The notes: generated from the letters alone by a model not told the origin. Shown: positions 25,130 through 39,135, counted from the first letter of the stretch. The stretch is DNA of 64,000 bases from Octopus sinensis (GCF_006345805.1 NC_043016.1:29760001-29824000); one strand, 5' to 3'. Numbers and translations are program-made.

Positions 25130-26094
25130 TATGTTTAATTTGTTTAATTTACAAATGCAGTGACTGTTGCAGTCTTTTGGTGTACCTCTTAGTAAACTTT
25201 AGAATGAATAATAAATACTGTTGACAATTTGAATATGCAGGTTTCTTTTTCAGGGTTATAAAATCACTATATTTGGTTGAACTTATCTACAGTGCAAGAT
25301 GCTGAGCGACTACTAAGTGAAGGACTAGCTACGTGTTTGGGTAGGGTGTTGTTTTTCTGTAGCCATCACAGCAAAAACCACGCTGAAAAACAGTCACTGC
25401 AGTTCAATGTCCTATTGTCATTTGTGTTATCACTATATCTAGGGAATCGATGTTTCTGTTGGATTCTGCCAATGAACATGACAGAGGGTATTTACAAATT
25501 AAGGAGACTGCTGCAGTTTGGCTGCAGCCTGATGCACAAAAGACAAAGTCTACCTCAGTGGAATTGTAACTCAGAATGTTAAGCTGGGAAAAAATCCTTT
25601 TTGCACAGGGCCTGAAATTACGGCAGAAGGGGTTAGTCAGTCACAGCAACCCCCAGTGCTCAACTGGTATTTATTTTATTTTATCTCCCACCCGCCACTC
25701 ACCCCTGAAAGAATGAATTACCTTTTGTACTGATGTTAGCAATTACATAACTGTGGTGAATACATTGCATTGAATTCCTCATCACACACACAAACACACA
25801 TACACATTGAACTGTAAATATTAAGATCTGCAAGATAAATAAACCACTGAAACTTCTCCACAGTTTCCTGCAGGGCCTTTAAAGATCTAACAGGAAAAAT
25901 TAGTAATGTTTAATCAACATTTCTTGCAATTAATATCAATAAAATTAGAGAAATTGTGTTGAGATTGCTCTTTGGTCAAATTCTCGTGTTATGTTACTTT
26001 GCTGGCTAAAAACTTAGCAAAGTCTATAACTTAACCCTGCTGGGTAAAACTTAGCAATTTTGTTGCTTCTTTCTCGACAGCAAAATCATACGCA

Positions 26095-26285
26095 TCACCA
26101 TCATCATCGTTTAACGTCCACTTTCCAAGCTAGCATGGGTTGGACGATTTTGACTGAGGACTGGCGAACCAGGTGGCTGCACCAGACTCCAATCTGATCT
26201 GGAAGAGTTTCTACAGCTGGATGCCCTTCCTAATGCCAACCACTCCAAGGGTGTAGTGGGTGCTTTTTATGTGCCACCAGCACGT
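26095..26285 (-). mobile_element. RTE LINE 3'UTR fragment
   Basis: catcatcatcgtttaacgtcc..ctggatgcccttcctaatgccaaccactcc..gtagtgggtgc, the reverse complement of the tails at 33660, 47640 and 60745. Confidence 0.7.
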
Positions 26286-26990
26286 TAAAATAAAATAAAA
26301 TAAATACCAGTTGAGCACTTGGGGTTTGATGTAACTGACTAACTGCCATAATTTCTGGCCCTGTGCAGAAAGGATTATTTTTCCAGCTTTACATTCTGTG
26401 TTAAAATTTCACTGAGGTAGACTTTGTCTTTTGTCCTCTTGGGGTTGATTAAATAAGGACTAACCAAGCACTGTGCTGATGTAATTGACTAAACCCCACC
26501 TCTCTCTTGAAATTTCAGGCTTTATGATTACAATACAAATGATTTTCAACCACTTATTGCCTATGGACTCCTCTGATTTCTCTTTTACTCTACTGGACAC
26601 CCTTAACAATTCAATGTATTTAAAAAATGTTCTACTGTAACAAGCAAATTAGCAAGTTAGAAAAATCTCTATAAGAGATGCAAGTAGTAACAATACAGAG
26701 GAGAGGTAATGTTTGTTGTCACTTCAATATGGCTGTTTTGTATGAACCAACATTACTACCGTTTTTAAGAAGGTTTCCACTTGGGGTTAAAAATGGTAGT
26801 AACGTCGATTCTACTGCTATTTAAAAAGTTTTTTTTTCATAATTAAATATTATTGAGAATTGTATAGAAAATTTAAAATATTTTGTGTATTGTAGAAATG
26901 TAACATAGATTTTAACAACAAACTCTTATATGGATGGACCCTGGTTGAGAACTACTATTATAGTAGAAAGGAATGTTTTTTTTAATTATT

Positions 26991-27315
26991 TATTACCTCC
27001 GCCTAAGCGAAGATGGAAGTATTATTTTCAATTGTGTTTCTTTGTTTGTCCATGAACAAGATATCTCAAGAACCACTGGATGGATTCAGATGAAACTTTC
27101 AGGGATGTTTGGCCTCATAACTGGCATGAACTGATTAGATTTTGAGATCGATCTGGTACCGGATGAGGATTCTGGATTATTTTTACTTAATTTTTGAGAG
27201 CAGTCGGGTTCATTTTTAGTATTCTTATTTGTGAGAAGAGTCGAATTTATTTCAGACTTTCTCCTTTTAAAAACCACCTCTGCCTTGGTGAAGGTTTGCC
27301 TCTCTGTTTATCTTG
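26991..27315 (+). mobile_element. DINE/Helentron-like non-autonomous element
   Basis: Homologous along its length to 11921-12250. Confidence 0.55.
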
Positions 27316-29459
27316 TTTTTTTTTTTCAAAGTTATTTTTGACAACACCAGACTTTTAGTGTTATACTTGTATTAGTCAAGTGATCTGATATGAAAGAATG
27401 TGTTGAAACCGAGACAATTAGATTGCAAAAGAGTCATGTTAGCCATTCAAAACACACACGATTATACTGACTTTTGTTTTATTTTTCTATAGTATATTAC
27501 AGGTTACATGCAGTAGAGTTATAACAACCATCCAAAATACAACACACACACAGCATTATATTTACTGTTTTATTTTACAATAGTAGAAAGTTTGTTGTTC
27601 ACCTTGACACCAATACAATTCTACTGGAACACGGTAATATATATATATATATATATATATTTTTGTTATTTGGAAAATAAAATTATCCTTACAAATTATA
27701 TAACCCATGAGAAATAATTAGTTTGGCACTCTCATCCAAGACCTCTCATTCATTCACACACACACACATACAGATGTTTTGAATTGCAAGCAGAAAACCT
27801 GTAAGATAAACAAACCACTGAAAAAATTTGCGTAAATTTTCAAGATATAGGTTTTTTTTTCTTTTTAAACAGGCAAAAAAAAAAAAAGGAAGATTAATGT
27901 AAATGGCATATTTATAGCAGAGACTAAAACTACAGATTAATAGACACTATAACAACTACAACAACGCAGTTAGATTGTATAAAACACGATATGGAAATTA
28001 TATATATATATGTATATAAAGGCAAATTCTGTAGAGAGGAATTTCTAAAAAGTACAAAGAAAACCATACAGGCTGGCAATGAACAATGAAAGGAGTGGCA
28101 AAATGAAATGACTACATAAAAACAAAAACTACTGTCCCAGCAAAAATATTTGTAAAGCTACAGAAGTTGTTCATCATACCTGGCAACTAGTGACTTATAT
28201 TCACAAATGACTAACTGTTAAGCAAATAGTTACAACAACAACAACAACAATAACAACAACAAAGGATATGGGGCTTGTTTTGCAAATACATTTTCATTTC
28301 CATGCAAGATTTTTTTTTTTTCAAATGAATTTATGGTGGTGGTAGCGGTGGCAGTGGTAGGGAGATAGAGATATAAAAACGAACGCATACATACACACGT
28401 GTGCATGCACGCACACACACACACACACACACAAAACAAAACAAAAACTTTTATTTTAAGCATAATGTCATAAGTATAGGAAAATGATGAAAACAATGTT
28501 GGTAATACAGAGATGAGTTAGTTTACCCAGTGTTTCTGTTTTAACAAAATTATAATGGAAAATACACATTCGTGTGTGTGCATGTGTGTGTGTGTGTGTG
28601 TATAAGCTGATCTTAAAATGTATAGAAATTTTAATACACTTTCTAACACAATTTAGATTTTGCATATTATTTCATAAGTGGTTTCTGATTTCTTTAAATT
28701 TAAAGCTCTACATATGTGTGTGTCGTTTACTCAAACACACACAGACACTTCCATGAGGTGCGGGCATGGCGATGTGGTTTGCAGCTGTGCAGTTTTGGGT
28801 TCAGTCCCACTGTATGACACTTTGGGCAACTGTCTTTGTGTGGTGTGTGTATATACATACAAACAAACAAACGTGTGCGTGTATGAGTGAATATATATTT
28901 ATAATGCCTGCTTGCAATATATAAATCGGGTGCAGATTGCATTGATAACTAGCTGGAGGATGTTCTTCCTGGGGTTAAAAACAGTAGTAACTTTGATTCC
29001 TATGGAACAGCCATATTGATATGGTAATAAAATACATTACTTCTCAGTATAGTTGCTCTTATCATCTCTTATAAAGATTTTCTAACTAGCTACTTTGTTA
29101 TATATATATGAATAAGTAAATGTGTTCACACTGATAGTATTCACTTAGCGATGATGATAATGACATGATATTTATGTCACACATAGAGTGTGACATACAT
29201 AGAGTGTGATGACTCAGTGGGTCATATGAAATCTTGGTGGTATAAAATTCATTGCTTGAAAAGCAAGTTGTAATGCTTTGGCACCAGTGATGGCAGCTGG
29301 CAGCATGGAAAATGCACACTTAAAAATGATAAGAAGTGTGTACAGGAAGTTAAAATATGGCTTACAGTCTACCCTAAAACATTATTAGATTACTTTTCAA
29401 CAGCTGATTCAGAAGTTAGAAAATTAAAATTTTTTTCCAAATTGATTCCATTATAAAGT

Positions 29460-29691
29460 TTAAACCCTTTAGCATTCAGATTACTCTGTCAAATCTAATG
29501 TTTATTTATCCACTTTATTTTGAAGTAATTATGTATTATCTCATATCTTCAAGATTTTGATGATGTGATTGCTTATTTTTTAGACTGACATTGCATAGGG
29601 TAAGTGTGAGAGGCTAAATCTGGCCTGTTTGAACATAAAACAGATAGAATATTTGGGTTTGGTATGGCCAGTTTGAATGCTAAAAGGTTAA
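29460..29691. mobile_element. piggyBac-type MITE
   Basis: TIR (ttaa)accctttagcattc ... gaatgctaaaagg(ttaa). Confidence 0.75.
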
Positions 29692-30574
29692 ACGAAAATA
29701 TCATTTCTGTAGAAGACCTTATAATCTAATCACAGTTTCAAATTAATTTTCATTTTTCTCACATGTTTAGTTCTTCAGATCAGAAAATGTACAAAGAATT
29801 TCATACCAGTGCCACAACTGGAGATGATTTTTCTCAGTCCTACTTGCTAATTAGTACAAATTACTGTTGCCAATTTTACCTTATTAAATAAGATAAAAAT
29901 GTCAAATAATTTCATATTGCAGCATTTAGAAAAGTTTTGATCTTGGTTTTTTTTTTTTCTCAAAACACAGGTATGATGAAAGTTTCATTTCTGATGTGAT
30001 TTGGGAAATAATCTCACTGAAAGTGTAAAACACATTCCTATAAATGATATAAAGACACCTAAATTTCTATAAACCCATTCCTATGAATAGTAATACACAG
30101 ACCTACATTAAAAGAACAGCTTCCAAGTGATGGAGTGAATAAAGAAAATCCCTATGAGTAGATATGGCCACATAGTTAAAGACCATTTTAAAAACAAGTA
30201 AGTTCCATGGTTCAATCCTACAGAGCAGTACCATGAGTAAATTTCTTCTACTTTATGTGCAGTTGGACCAAAGCTAAATAAGTGAAATTAGGAAGATTGT
30301 GTAGAAGCACAACCACGTGTGTGTGCGTGTGTGGGAAGTGAGTAATAAATCATTGTGATTATCAAAACTACCTTGTATCATTTTGTTGCAAGGTGGACTC
30401 AGCAATTTGATGAATAGGGGTCAATTGAATAAGTATTAAACAAAGTAAATGGGTTGATATAACCAACTAAAATTATTGGTGGTGAAGAGAGAGCAAAAAG
30501 GATATGTTGAAGGAGCAATAATAATTTGGAGAAGCGTGTGTATGTATGTAGGTGCTTGTGTATATATGTGTGTG

Positions 30575-30870
30575 TATCATCATCATCATCATCGTTTAAC
30601 GTACGTTTTCCATGCTAGCATGGATTGGACAGTTTGACCAGGCTCTGGGAAGCCAGGAGGCTGCACCAGGCTCCAGTCTGATCTGGCAGTGTTTCTACAG
30701 CTGGATGCCCTTCGTAAAACCAACCACACCATGAGTGTAGTGGGTGCTTTTTATGTGCCACCGGCACAGGGGCCAGAGGAGGCTGGCAACAGCCATGATT
30801 GGTTGGTACTTTTTACGTGCCACCAGCACAGACGCCAGTCAAGACGGTGCTTTTTACGTGCCACTGATAC
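30575..30870 (-). mobile_element. RTE LINE 3'UTR fragment
   Basis: Same (CAT)n-gtttaacgt tail and tttttacgtgccacc repeats as the other copies. Confidence 0.7.
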
Positions 30871-32029
30871 ATATAGATACACACAAAGTATGGAAGTTTA
30901 GTTCATAGGTGATCTAAATAATTAGGTCTGTTAGATAAGTGCTGTAATGGATTACTAGGGCTCCAAGGTTGTATCCAAGACAGTAGTCATGGAGCCATTG
31001 CAGATTTCCAATGTAGCGAATGTATGTATATATATATATATATATACATATATATATAAAACTAATATTGCTGCATGGTTAAATGAGAAAGTTAAGTAAA
31101 ATGGAGCCTGAAGAAAACGGGTAAATAAAAGAAGACAATTGACACCAATAGAACAATTGTAGATGGGATTGTGGCTATTTGTTACAAGTTTGTAGCAACA
31201 CAAAGAAACCTAGTAAAAGAATCTTCTGGAATCATTACAATTCCATCGGATATCACAACATGGAAAGACAGTGTAAGTATGCGAAAACTAACTGTGTGCA
31301 ATTAATAATATAGCCATAATTTGCTTATTTCTTCCGTTTCAAACAATAATATTTAATGTGAAAGAGGGCAGAGTTACTTCAAACCGTAACAGAAATCACC
31401 ATAAGTATTATTTCAGATTCTATTTGTGATTATATGGAACAAAATAAGTGCTTCATTTCAAAAATAGATATAATTGTACTAACTGAATGTTTACATAAAT
31501 AATGTCTATACAAGAACAAGTCCACCTAGACATATAGAGTAGCTTTATGCTGCCTTAATTTTATCTAGATGATGAGTCAAACAACTTTTATAGCACAGAT
31601 TATCAAAACAGTTGGATTGGATAATTAGCGTTGACTGTTATATTTTCAAAAATTTTAATTATAAATTTTTGCATCATATTTACATAGAAATTAAAGTCAG
31701 ACACGTCAACCTCATAATGTCTTAGATTCTAACGAAACCTAAATGAGTAAACCCTAACAATGACTTGATTTTATATATATATATACACACACACACACAC
31801 ATACATATATTAAATTCCATTACTATTAATCTGTTGTATTATTCAAAACTCACTGGAACATTCTTGTCAAGCAAGACAGAAAAGAAAAATCATAGCAGAA
31901 AAGCAGACACCGATTTAGTCAATCACATGTTTACTTACTATTCACCACACAAACCAATTGTTACAGCAGAAATTGTTTAATATTCATATGAAGTAAAGTT
32001 TCAAGTGAGATACCTGTTTAAATATTTAA

Positions 32030-32720
32030 ATACCTGAGCTAATCCTGGTCAACAAGTTTGAGTACCTAGACTCCATTACTGACCAAACAGTGGATTGCAG
32101 CCAGAAATTTAAAGCAAGACTAAATGTAGGGAAGGTCAGCCTTGAAGACAATTAGTAGAATACAGAGACACAGCACGGTCAGAAAATGCATTAAGCTGAA
32201 ACTTCTACAAATCCTACTCTGGCCAGCAGTGTTGGGTAGGTGTGAAAGTAAGGACCTTATGGGTGGTTGACACCATGTTACCGAGTGTGTTGGAGATGTG
32301 CTACAAATGTATGTGGTGACTGCTGAACAAAGAATCTGGTCCTTGAGTAGATGGGAGTGGATCAAACATTGGCAATGATGATGATCAGGTAGTGAACTTG
32401 TAATATTTCGACCATGGTAGCATGGCCTAGAACCTCTTTGTCAGTATACTTGGAAGCTGGAGGGGCAGAAAATGGGTACATGAGAAATAATGATAAAGAT
32501 GGAATGATGAAATCAAGAACTGGACAGGGAGGATCCTGGTGGAATGTACAGTGGAACGTGGCATGAGATTAAGGTGTGTGGTGAGGAGTGGGGTGGGGTT
32601 GTGTTTGAGGCTCAAGGGAGGGCCCTGGTGGAATGTAAGCTTTGATGGGAAATCACAATGTGGTGAGGATTGGGGGTTGTGTTTGAGATCCCTAATCCTC
32701 AAGATGGCTATACTCATTCA
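32030..32720 (+). mobile_element. Decayed RTE LINE ORF C-terminal region
   Basis: VNKFEYLDSI..DCSQKFKARL, KLKLLQILLWPAVLGRCES and GWNDEIKNWTGRILVECT resemble RTE motifs (F.YLGS, KLRL..ALVWP..LYGCE, RW.D.IK.WTG). Many stops and frameshifts. Confidence 0.6.
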
Positions 32721-32989
32721 TGTGATATATCTAAATATTTAGATACCATATATTTACATGTGTGGTATCTGAATGCAGTAACATAGTGCTCTAAATTAGG
32801 TATCACATTATGTTTGATATATGTAGAATATACTGAACCCGATTACAACAAAGAACTTTTATTTCTAGTCCAGTCCTGGTACAAGATGCAATTCCAGAAA
32901 TGATACACTGTTTGACAACTGGAGGTCCAACTGATTGAAATGTAAATTTAGTTGTAAATAGTAAATGTCTGTCTTAGTAAAGAGCCCCC

Positions 32990-33325
32990 TTCGCTCATGA
33001 ATGACCATGGGGTTGCACCTAGAAAGTTCCTCTCTAAGGCACAAGTCCGGGCAAGGTTGTTTATGGAAGACCAGCAGTCACCCATGCATACCAGCCTCTC
33101 CTCACCATGCCACCGATGTTGTCCAAGGGAAAAGCAAAGGCTGATACAGTTAGGCACCAATGACATCACAACTCATTTCTACAGCTGAATGAACTGGAGC
33201 AATGTGGAATAAAGTGTTTTGCTCAAGAACTCAACACACAGCCGGGCCTGGGAATTAAACTCACAACCTCATGATTGTAAACTCAATGCTCTAACCACTG
33301 AGCTATGAGCTATGCACCTTCACAA
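32990..33325 (-). mobile_element. SINE family G
   Basis: Homologous to 9845-10147. Confidence 0.7.
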
Positions 33326-33659
33326 AGTTGTAAATATCATGCTTTTGATCTTGCAAAATGAAAGTAATACTTTGCAACATTATAATTTGTATGACAGCTA
33401 CGTTTCTCCTCTCGTTATGTTTAATATCTAACAACAAATATTCCATCTGCTTCTCATTCAATGATATTCCTCTTCATCTTCAGACTGGCATCATTCTCAA
33501 TAACTAGCTTTACCAACAAAAATTCTAGAAATAATTAATAAAAAAAAATTTAAAAAAATGAGAGGTTGTTAGTTGAAAGCTATAAAAGGTAAAGTTCACT
33601 TCAGCAGCATTGGAACTCAGAATGTAAAGAAATTTCTCCAATACTCAAAGTCAGTGTTT

Positions 33660-33950
33660 TCCAACCATTTTTTACCAGCGCCGCCTCGACTGGCTTCCAT
33701 GCCGGTGGCACGTAAATTGCACCAATCCGACCGTGGTCGTTGCCAGCCTCGCCTGGCACCAGTGCAGGTGGCACGTAAAAAGCACCCACTACACTCAAGG
33801 AGTGGTTGGCGTTAGGAAGGGCATCCAGCTGTAGAAACATTGCCAGATAAGACTGGAGCCTGGTGCAGCCTTCTGGCTTCCCAGATCCCCGGTCAAACCG
33901 TCCAACCCATGCTAGCATGGAAAACGGACGTTAAACGATGATGATGATGA
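33660..33950 (+). mobile_element. RTE LINE 3'UTR fragment with (GAT)n tail
   Basis: ggcacgtaaaaagcacccactacact..ggcgttaggaagggcatccagctgtag..ggacgttaaacgatgatgatg. Confidence 0.75.
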
Positions 33951-34971
33951 TGTCTAACCCTTAAAATAAATCATATGTCTCAAGGAACCTCTGCACAAAG
34001 AAAATTATATACCATATCTTTCTCATATTTTTTTATCATAGTTCACATGGAAAATATCATATATATATGGTTGTTATATTTTTTTGATAATATAATAGGT
34101 TAGATAGGATGATGTCTATATTATAATAACCAATATGTTGTGTATGTATAGTAATATTACGATCATAAAATTAGAATTAAATTATCTCACTCTTTCTCAA
34201 AGAACCCTTAAGAATGACTTGGTTGAGAATTAAAGCAGGTATTATCTTCTTCATCATTCATATCATCGTTATTATTATTCTCTGTATAAATATCACAAAT
34301 ATACTAAAATATACTAATTTGTTTTCAATTTTCTTATACTATGAAACAGTAATTTTTAAAATAAAAAAGCATTTTTATAAAAAAAATGCCAGAACAAAAG
34401 GAAAAGAATGAATGTAACAATCTGCTAAGATATTTGAATATAATATCATTAATGGTAATGAAAATTAAAATGAATATGATAGGGGATAATGACAAAGGAA
34501 AAAAAAACCCAGCATATGTGTGTATGTATAATATATATATAAATAAATATGTTTATAAGTGTGTGTGGGAATGTGTAAGATGGCACATCATCATGATTTT
34601 ATCCACCATAGCTAAAACAATAGAAAAAAACCAAACATATCTAGAAGATTAACAAAGCACGTTAGAATTACACCAAAATTAATTGAGTAGAAACAAAAAA
34701 AAAGAAAAGAAAAAGAAAACAAATCTTATTAATCTAAACTATCAACTAAATTACATAAGGATAAAAAAAAAAAAGAAATAACTTGATTGTAAAAGACAAG
34801 AAAATGAAAAGGGACAGACAAGTAAAAGGCTGTTAGTTATGTCAGTGCTATATTAGTTAAAGACTACATGGCACGAGCAGTAGTTATGAGGCAGTGGCTT
34901 TTATACAGTGGTGGCAGCAATGGTGACAATGCTAAGGTGTAATATATATATATATATGTGTGTTTATATAT

Positions 34972-35004
<33 letters not shown>

Positions 35005-35044
35005 CACAATACAGTGAACAAAACACAGAAGAAGTTGCTCTTAC

Positions 35045-35062
35045 CAGAATTTTCCCCCTCAT
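35045..35062 (-). CDS. OSBP: Putative 18-nt alternative microexon of OSBP (DEGENS)
   Basis: Pyrimidine tract tttttctctttcactcttttctctc..acatttag|ATGAGGGGGAAAATTCTG|gtaagag. Phase 1-1 matches the host intron and adds no stop. Confidence 0.6.
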
Positions 35063-36455
35063 CTAAATGTCACCACGAGAGAAAAGAGTGAAAGAGAAAA
35101 ACATCAATTTTAAAAAACACGGCCAATAAAACTGAGGAAATAGAAAATGTTATGTTGGAGAATAAAGGGAATCACCATAAATATGCATAAAGCAGAAAGT
35201 CTTATTGCAATAAACACACACACACACATTCATGTGTGCTGTGAATATATATATATATATATATACATACATACATACATACACACTTTGTGGATTAAGA
35301 AGGCAACCAATGGTTTCATGTGTGAGCAATCTGCACAATTATTCAAGCAAACCACTTGTGAATGCTGGTACACATCTCTGTTTTTGTAATATTATCCAAA
35401 ATGGAGACGAGTGTCAACATTTCCAAGTGGTTCACTTAATTGTGGAAATCACTTACACATGAAACCACTGGTAGCCTTGTTAACCCATAAATGAAGAATA
35501 TTTATCCACCAATGCGGTCATCAGTACTCATACTCACTATTCAATTCTAGCATGTGCATGTATGTGTAAATATATATATATAGGTATCAAGCACATACAC
35601 ATATCATCATCACATCAACATTTTAATATCTACAATCCTATAATTCCATGCTTGCATGGGCATCAAACAAGAGTATGGTTGGAGCAGAATTTTCAAAGGC
35701 CAGAAGCCCTGTCTGTCACCAACCCCCATCACTTGTTTTCCAAACTGCTCAGACACATTTACGTTCAAAACCTGAAACAAATAACACCTTATAAACGAGC
35801 CTTTTGTCTTCAAAGATTGCACACGTCAAGACCTGTCATAGATGTGCTTTCATAGCGGACTGCATAGTAAGCAAACTACAATTGTTAGCAAAGCCATTGT
35901 TTTACAATTAAGAAATAATCACATGTGTAGACAAGGAAAATACAAACTCACCCTCTCTCCCATATAAACACACACACACACACACAAGGGGCTTAATCAC
36001 AGTTTCACTCACAAGGACTTGGTTGGCCTGGTGATTAGTAGAAAACACTTGTCCAAGGTGCCATGCCGTGAAACTGAACTTGATACCACATGATTAGGAA
36101 GTGAACTTCTTAACCATGTAGCCATGCCTGCACCTCTTGTCCATGCAACCTCCTATCCATCCATGTGTGTGTGTGTTTCTGAGTGCATGTGTGTGTATGT
36201 ATATGTGTGTACACAAACACATGCATGTGTTCTCAAGCTGATGATTTGATCAATTGCAACTCAGAGTTTCTCATTTGGTGTACATTTTCTGCAGGAACAA
36301 AGAGATGAGTGGCTGCTGAATGGACCATTAGCTCCAAATAAATAAACTCCATTACAAAAGTCTTGAGTATTTTTTTCTTCTGTTTATTCACACAAGACAA
36401 CATGGATGTTTGTCTTGAGTATAAGAAGGAAATTAAAATTACGTACAAGACTAAA

Positions 36456-36725
36456 TGGCCCAGTGGTTAGGGCAACGGACTCGCAGTTGGAGGATTGCGG
36501 TTTCAATTCCCAGACCGGGCATTGTGTGTGTTTATTGAGCGAAAATACCTAAAGCTCCACGAGGCTCCAGCAGGGGGTGGTGGCGACCCCTGTTGTACTC
36601 TTTCGCCCCAACTTTCTCTCACTCTTTCTTCCTGTTTCCATCTGGGGTGGGGACACACATATGCCACTGAAACCGGGCCCATGAGCCTGGCTAGGCTTGA
36701 AAAGGGCGCATAAATAAAAATAAAA
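36456..36725 (+). mobile_element. tRNA-derived SINE (distinct family) with A-rich tail and 11-bp TSD
   Basis: Head tggcccagtggttagggcaacggactc..ggtttcaattccc; ACAAGACTAAA duplicated at 36445-36455 and 36726-36736. Confidence 0.85.
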
Positions 36726-38036
36726 ACAAGACTAAAATGTTCAATGGAGGAAAGGAGCAGGGGGTGAATTTAATTTTCTCAAAGTCAGCAACATTTAGAT
36801 TGAAAACTTCAAGTAAAAACTACTTCAGGTAATTAAAAACAGGTCACAGATTTGATTCTTCACATAAGAATATGTAACAGAAATATAAATATGCCCAGAA
36901 ATATAAATGCTTTTGACAGCAGCTGTACAGGATATAGACTCATTCACTAAATGATCTTTTATAAAGTTACAGATGTAATTCAGTCATAATTGAACCTGAT
37001 TAGACAAAAACTGAGATGTAACAGTGTTTGTGATAATTTACCCTTAATGTCAAATGAAATACCTACTAAAGACATCCTGAATTATAATACTCTGGGTACA
37101 TTGGCATGATGATATTCAGCGGTACTTTATGGTCAAAAGCACTGAATACTTCAACATTGTCAATCAGTATTCATTATCATCATCATTTAACATCCATTTT
37201 CCATACTGGCATGGGTTAGATAGTTTGACTAGAGACGGTAAGCTGGAAAGCTGTACCGGGCTCCTGTTTGCGCTGGCTTGGTTTCTATGACTGCGCAAAC
37301 ACTGTCCAACCACTCCACAGAGTTTACTAAGTGCCCTTTACATGTCACCAGCACGGGTGCCTTTTATGTGTCACTGGCACAGGTACCATTTACATGTCAC
37401 TAGCACTAGGTCAGGTACTCTATGATTGAAGTTATCTTTAATTAATGTTATGAAGACTGATCTACATTCTGACTCGACAACCTATGCTGTTTCCTGTATG
37501 ACTGACTATGGAAACTACATAACATAATTTAGTTGTATTGATGGACCAGTAACTATCTGGGTAAGTTGTAAGGACAACACTTGGAATATAAATACTAAAT
37601 CAGGGGTTGGGAAACTTTTTTTAACCAATTATCCCAAATATATATATTTGCACTGATGTTACCCACTTGATTTGAAAGGAAGAAAATCATAGATCCTTTG
37701 AATTCAAAAGGTTTATTGAATCTATTAATGTGAATTTGTTTACATGTTCATTCCATCAGACAGATGCAATGTAGCATCAAGGAAAATTTCTGTCATAACA
37801 AAGAACACGTTTTTATATACTTTTTACTTATGTCTGATGAGTCCTCGATACCTCTAAGAATTTCATTTTCACCCCACTTTGTTGACCCTTGCACTAAACA
37901 AAGAATCTGACAAAACCGCTGTAAAAATAGTGTCATCACTTAAACCAGAGGCTTCCAAACTGCATGTTGCAACACTTTGACTTGAGGAATGAAGCTAAAT
38001 CTAATTACTTGTGTTGAAAAAATCTGGCCATGAGAT

Positions 38037-38260
38037 TTAACCCTTTAGCATTCAAACTAGCCATATCTGGCCAAAATATCCTACCCATTTTATTATCAAA
38101 CTGGCCATATCCAGCCTCTCATACATACCCTACAGTGTCATTGTAAAAATGAACCACATCATTTAATTCTCAAAGCTACAAGACAATGCATGATTAATTC
38201 AAAATGATACCAATAAAAAGGCCTAACATTTGACAGAGTAATGTGAATGCTAAAGGGTTG
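38037..38260. mobile_element. piggyBac-type MITE
   Basis: ttaaccctttagcattc ... gaatgctaaagggtt. Confidence 0.75.
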
Positions 38261-38509
38261 AGTGAGATCTAATGACCTTGTGTATAAATGGTTGCATCTC
38301 TAGTGACATGGCGATGTAATTATTAAATTACAGACAAAATTTAATAAATTTATTATGCAAAAAATTTATTTTTGTAATTTGTGTTACCAAAGTGGTAAGT
38401 TTGGAAAGCTGTGGTTTAAATGGTGCTATTCAACATGAGAGAGAGAGAGAGAGATTTAGAAAATATTATAAAAGAAGAATCATTCTCATGAAAGGTCAAA
38501 GACATATAC

Positions 38510-38846
38510 TCTTTTACATGTTTCAGTCATTTGACTGCGGCCATGCTGGAGCACTGCCTTTAGTCGAGCAAATTGACCCCAGGACTTATTCTTTGTAAGC
38601 CTAGTACTTATTCTATCGGTCTCTTTTGCCGAAACGCTAAGTTACGGGGACACAAACACACAAACATACACACACACATATATATATATGACAGGCTTCT
38701 TTCAGTTTCTGCCTACGAAATCCACTCACAAGGCTTTGGACGGTCCGAGGCTATAATAGAAGACACTTGCCCAAGGTGCCACGCAGTGGGAATGAACCCG
38801 GAACCATGTGGTTGGTAAGCAAGCTACTTACCACACAGCCACTCCT
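38510..38846 (-). mobile_element. SINE family A
   Basis: Reverse complement of the family A consensus, ending about 70 bp from an OSBP exon donor. Confidence 0.8.
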
Positions 38847-38914
38847 ACCTGCAAACTCTGAGGAAATCTTGACCATTTTAAAAAAAAGAGAGAAAGATTT
38901 AAATGGTAAAATAC

Positions 38915-39135
38915 CTTGAGATAAAGACGCTTCTGCTTCCGCTTCTCTCCGTCGTCGAGCCATACGCTGTTTATCTTCTAACATAACTTTTACTTTATTG
39001 GCCTCTTCCCACCGACCATCTTCCATCAAACGTTGGTCAGGTCGATTTCGGGAATCTGTAGATGCTACATTCTCTTCGGGTTCATTTAATTCAAGAGCCA
39101 ATTGTGTAAAGTAATACATACGCTCTGACCCATTT
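38915..39135 (-). CDS. OSBP: OSBP coding exon (ORD)
   Basis: ttggcag|A ... CAAG|gtattt, phase 2-1; NGSERMYYFTQLALELNEPEENVASTDSRNRPDQRLMEDGRWEEANKVKVMLEDKQRMARRRREAEAEASLSQ (conserved DSRxRPDQR..ME.G and EEKQR-like motifs). Confidence 0.96.

Noticed and set aside
25277-25582. 101-aa plus-strand ORF as a nested antisense gene
   Set aside because: Non-ATG start, no recognisable domain, and its 3' end overlaps a SINE remnant.
28527-28535. 9-nt in-frame microexon candidate (AAACACTGG)
   Set aside because: Weak pyrimidine tract and donor (GTAAAC); expected by chance in a 15-kb AT-rich intron.
37834-37870. CTGATGAGTCC hammerhead-like core
   Set aside because: No complementary stem II strand or GAAA follows.
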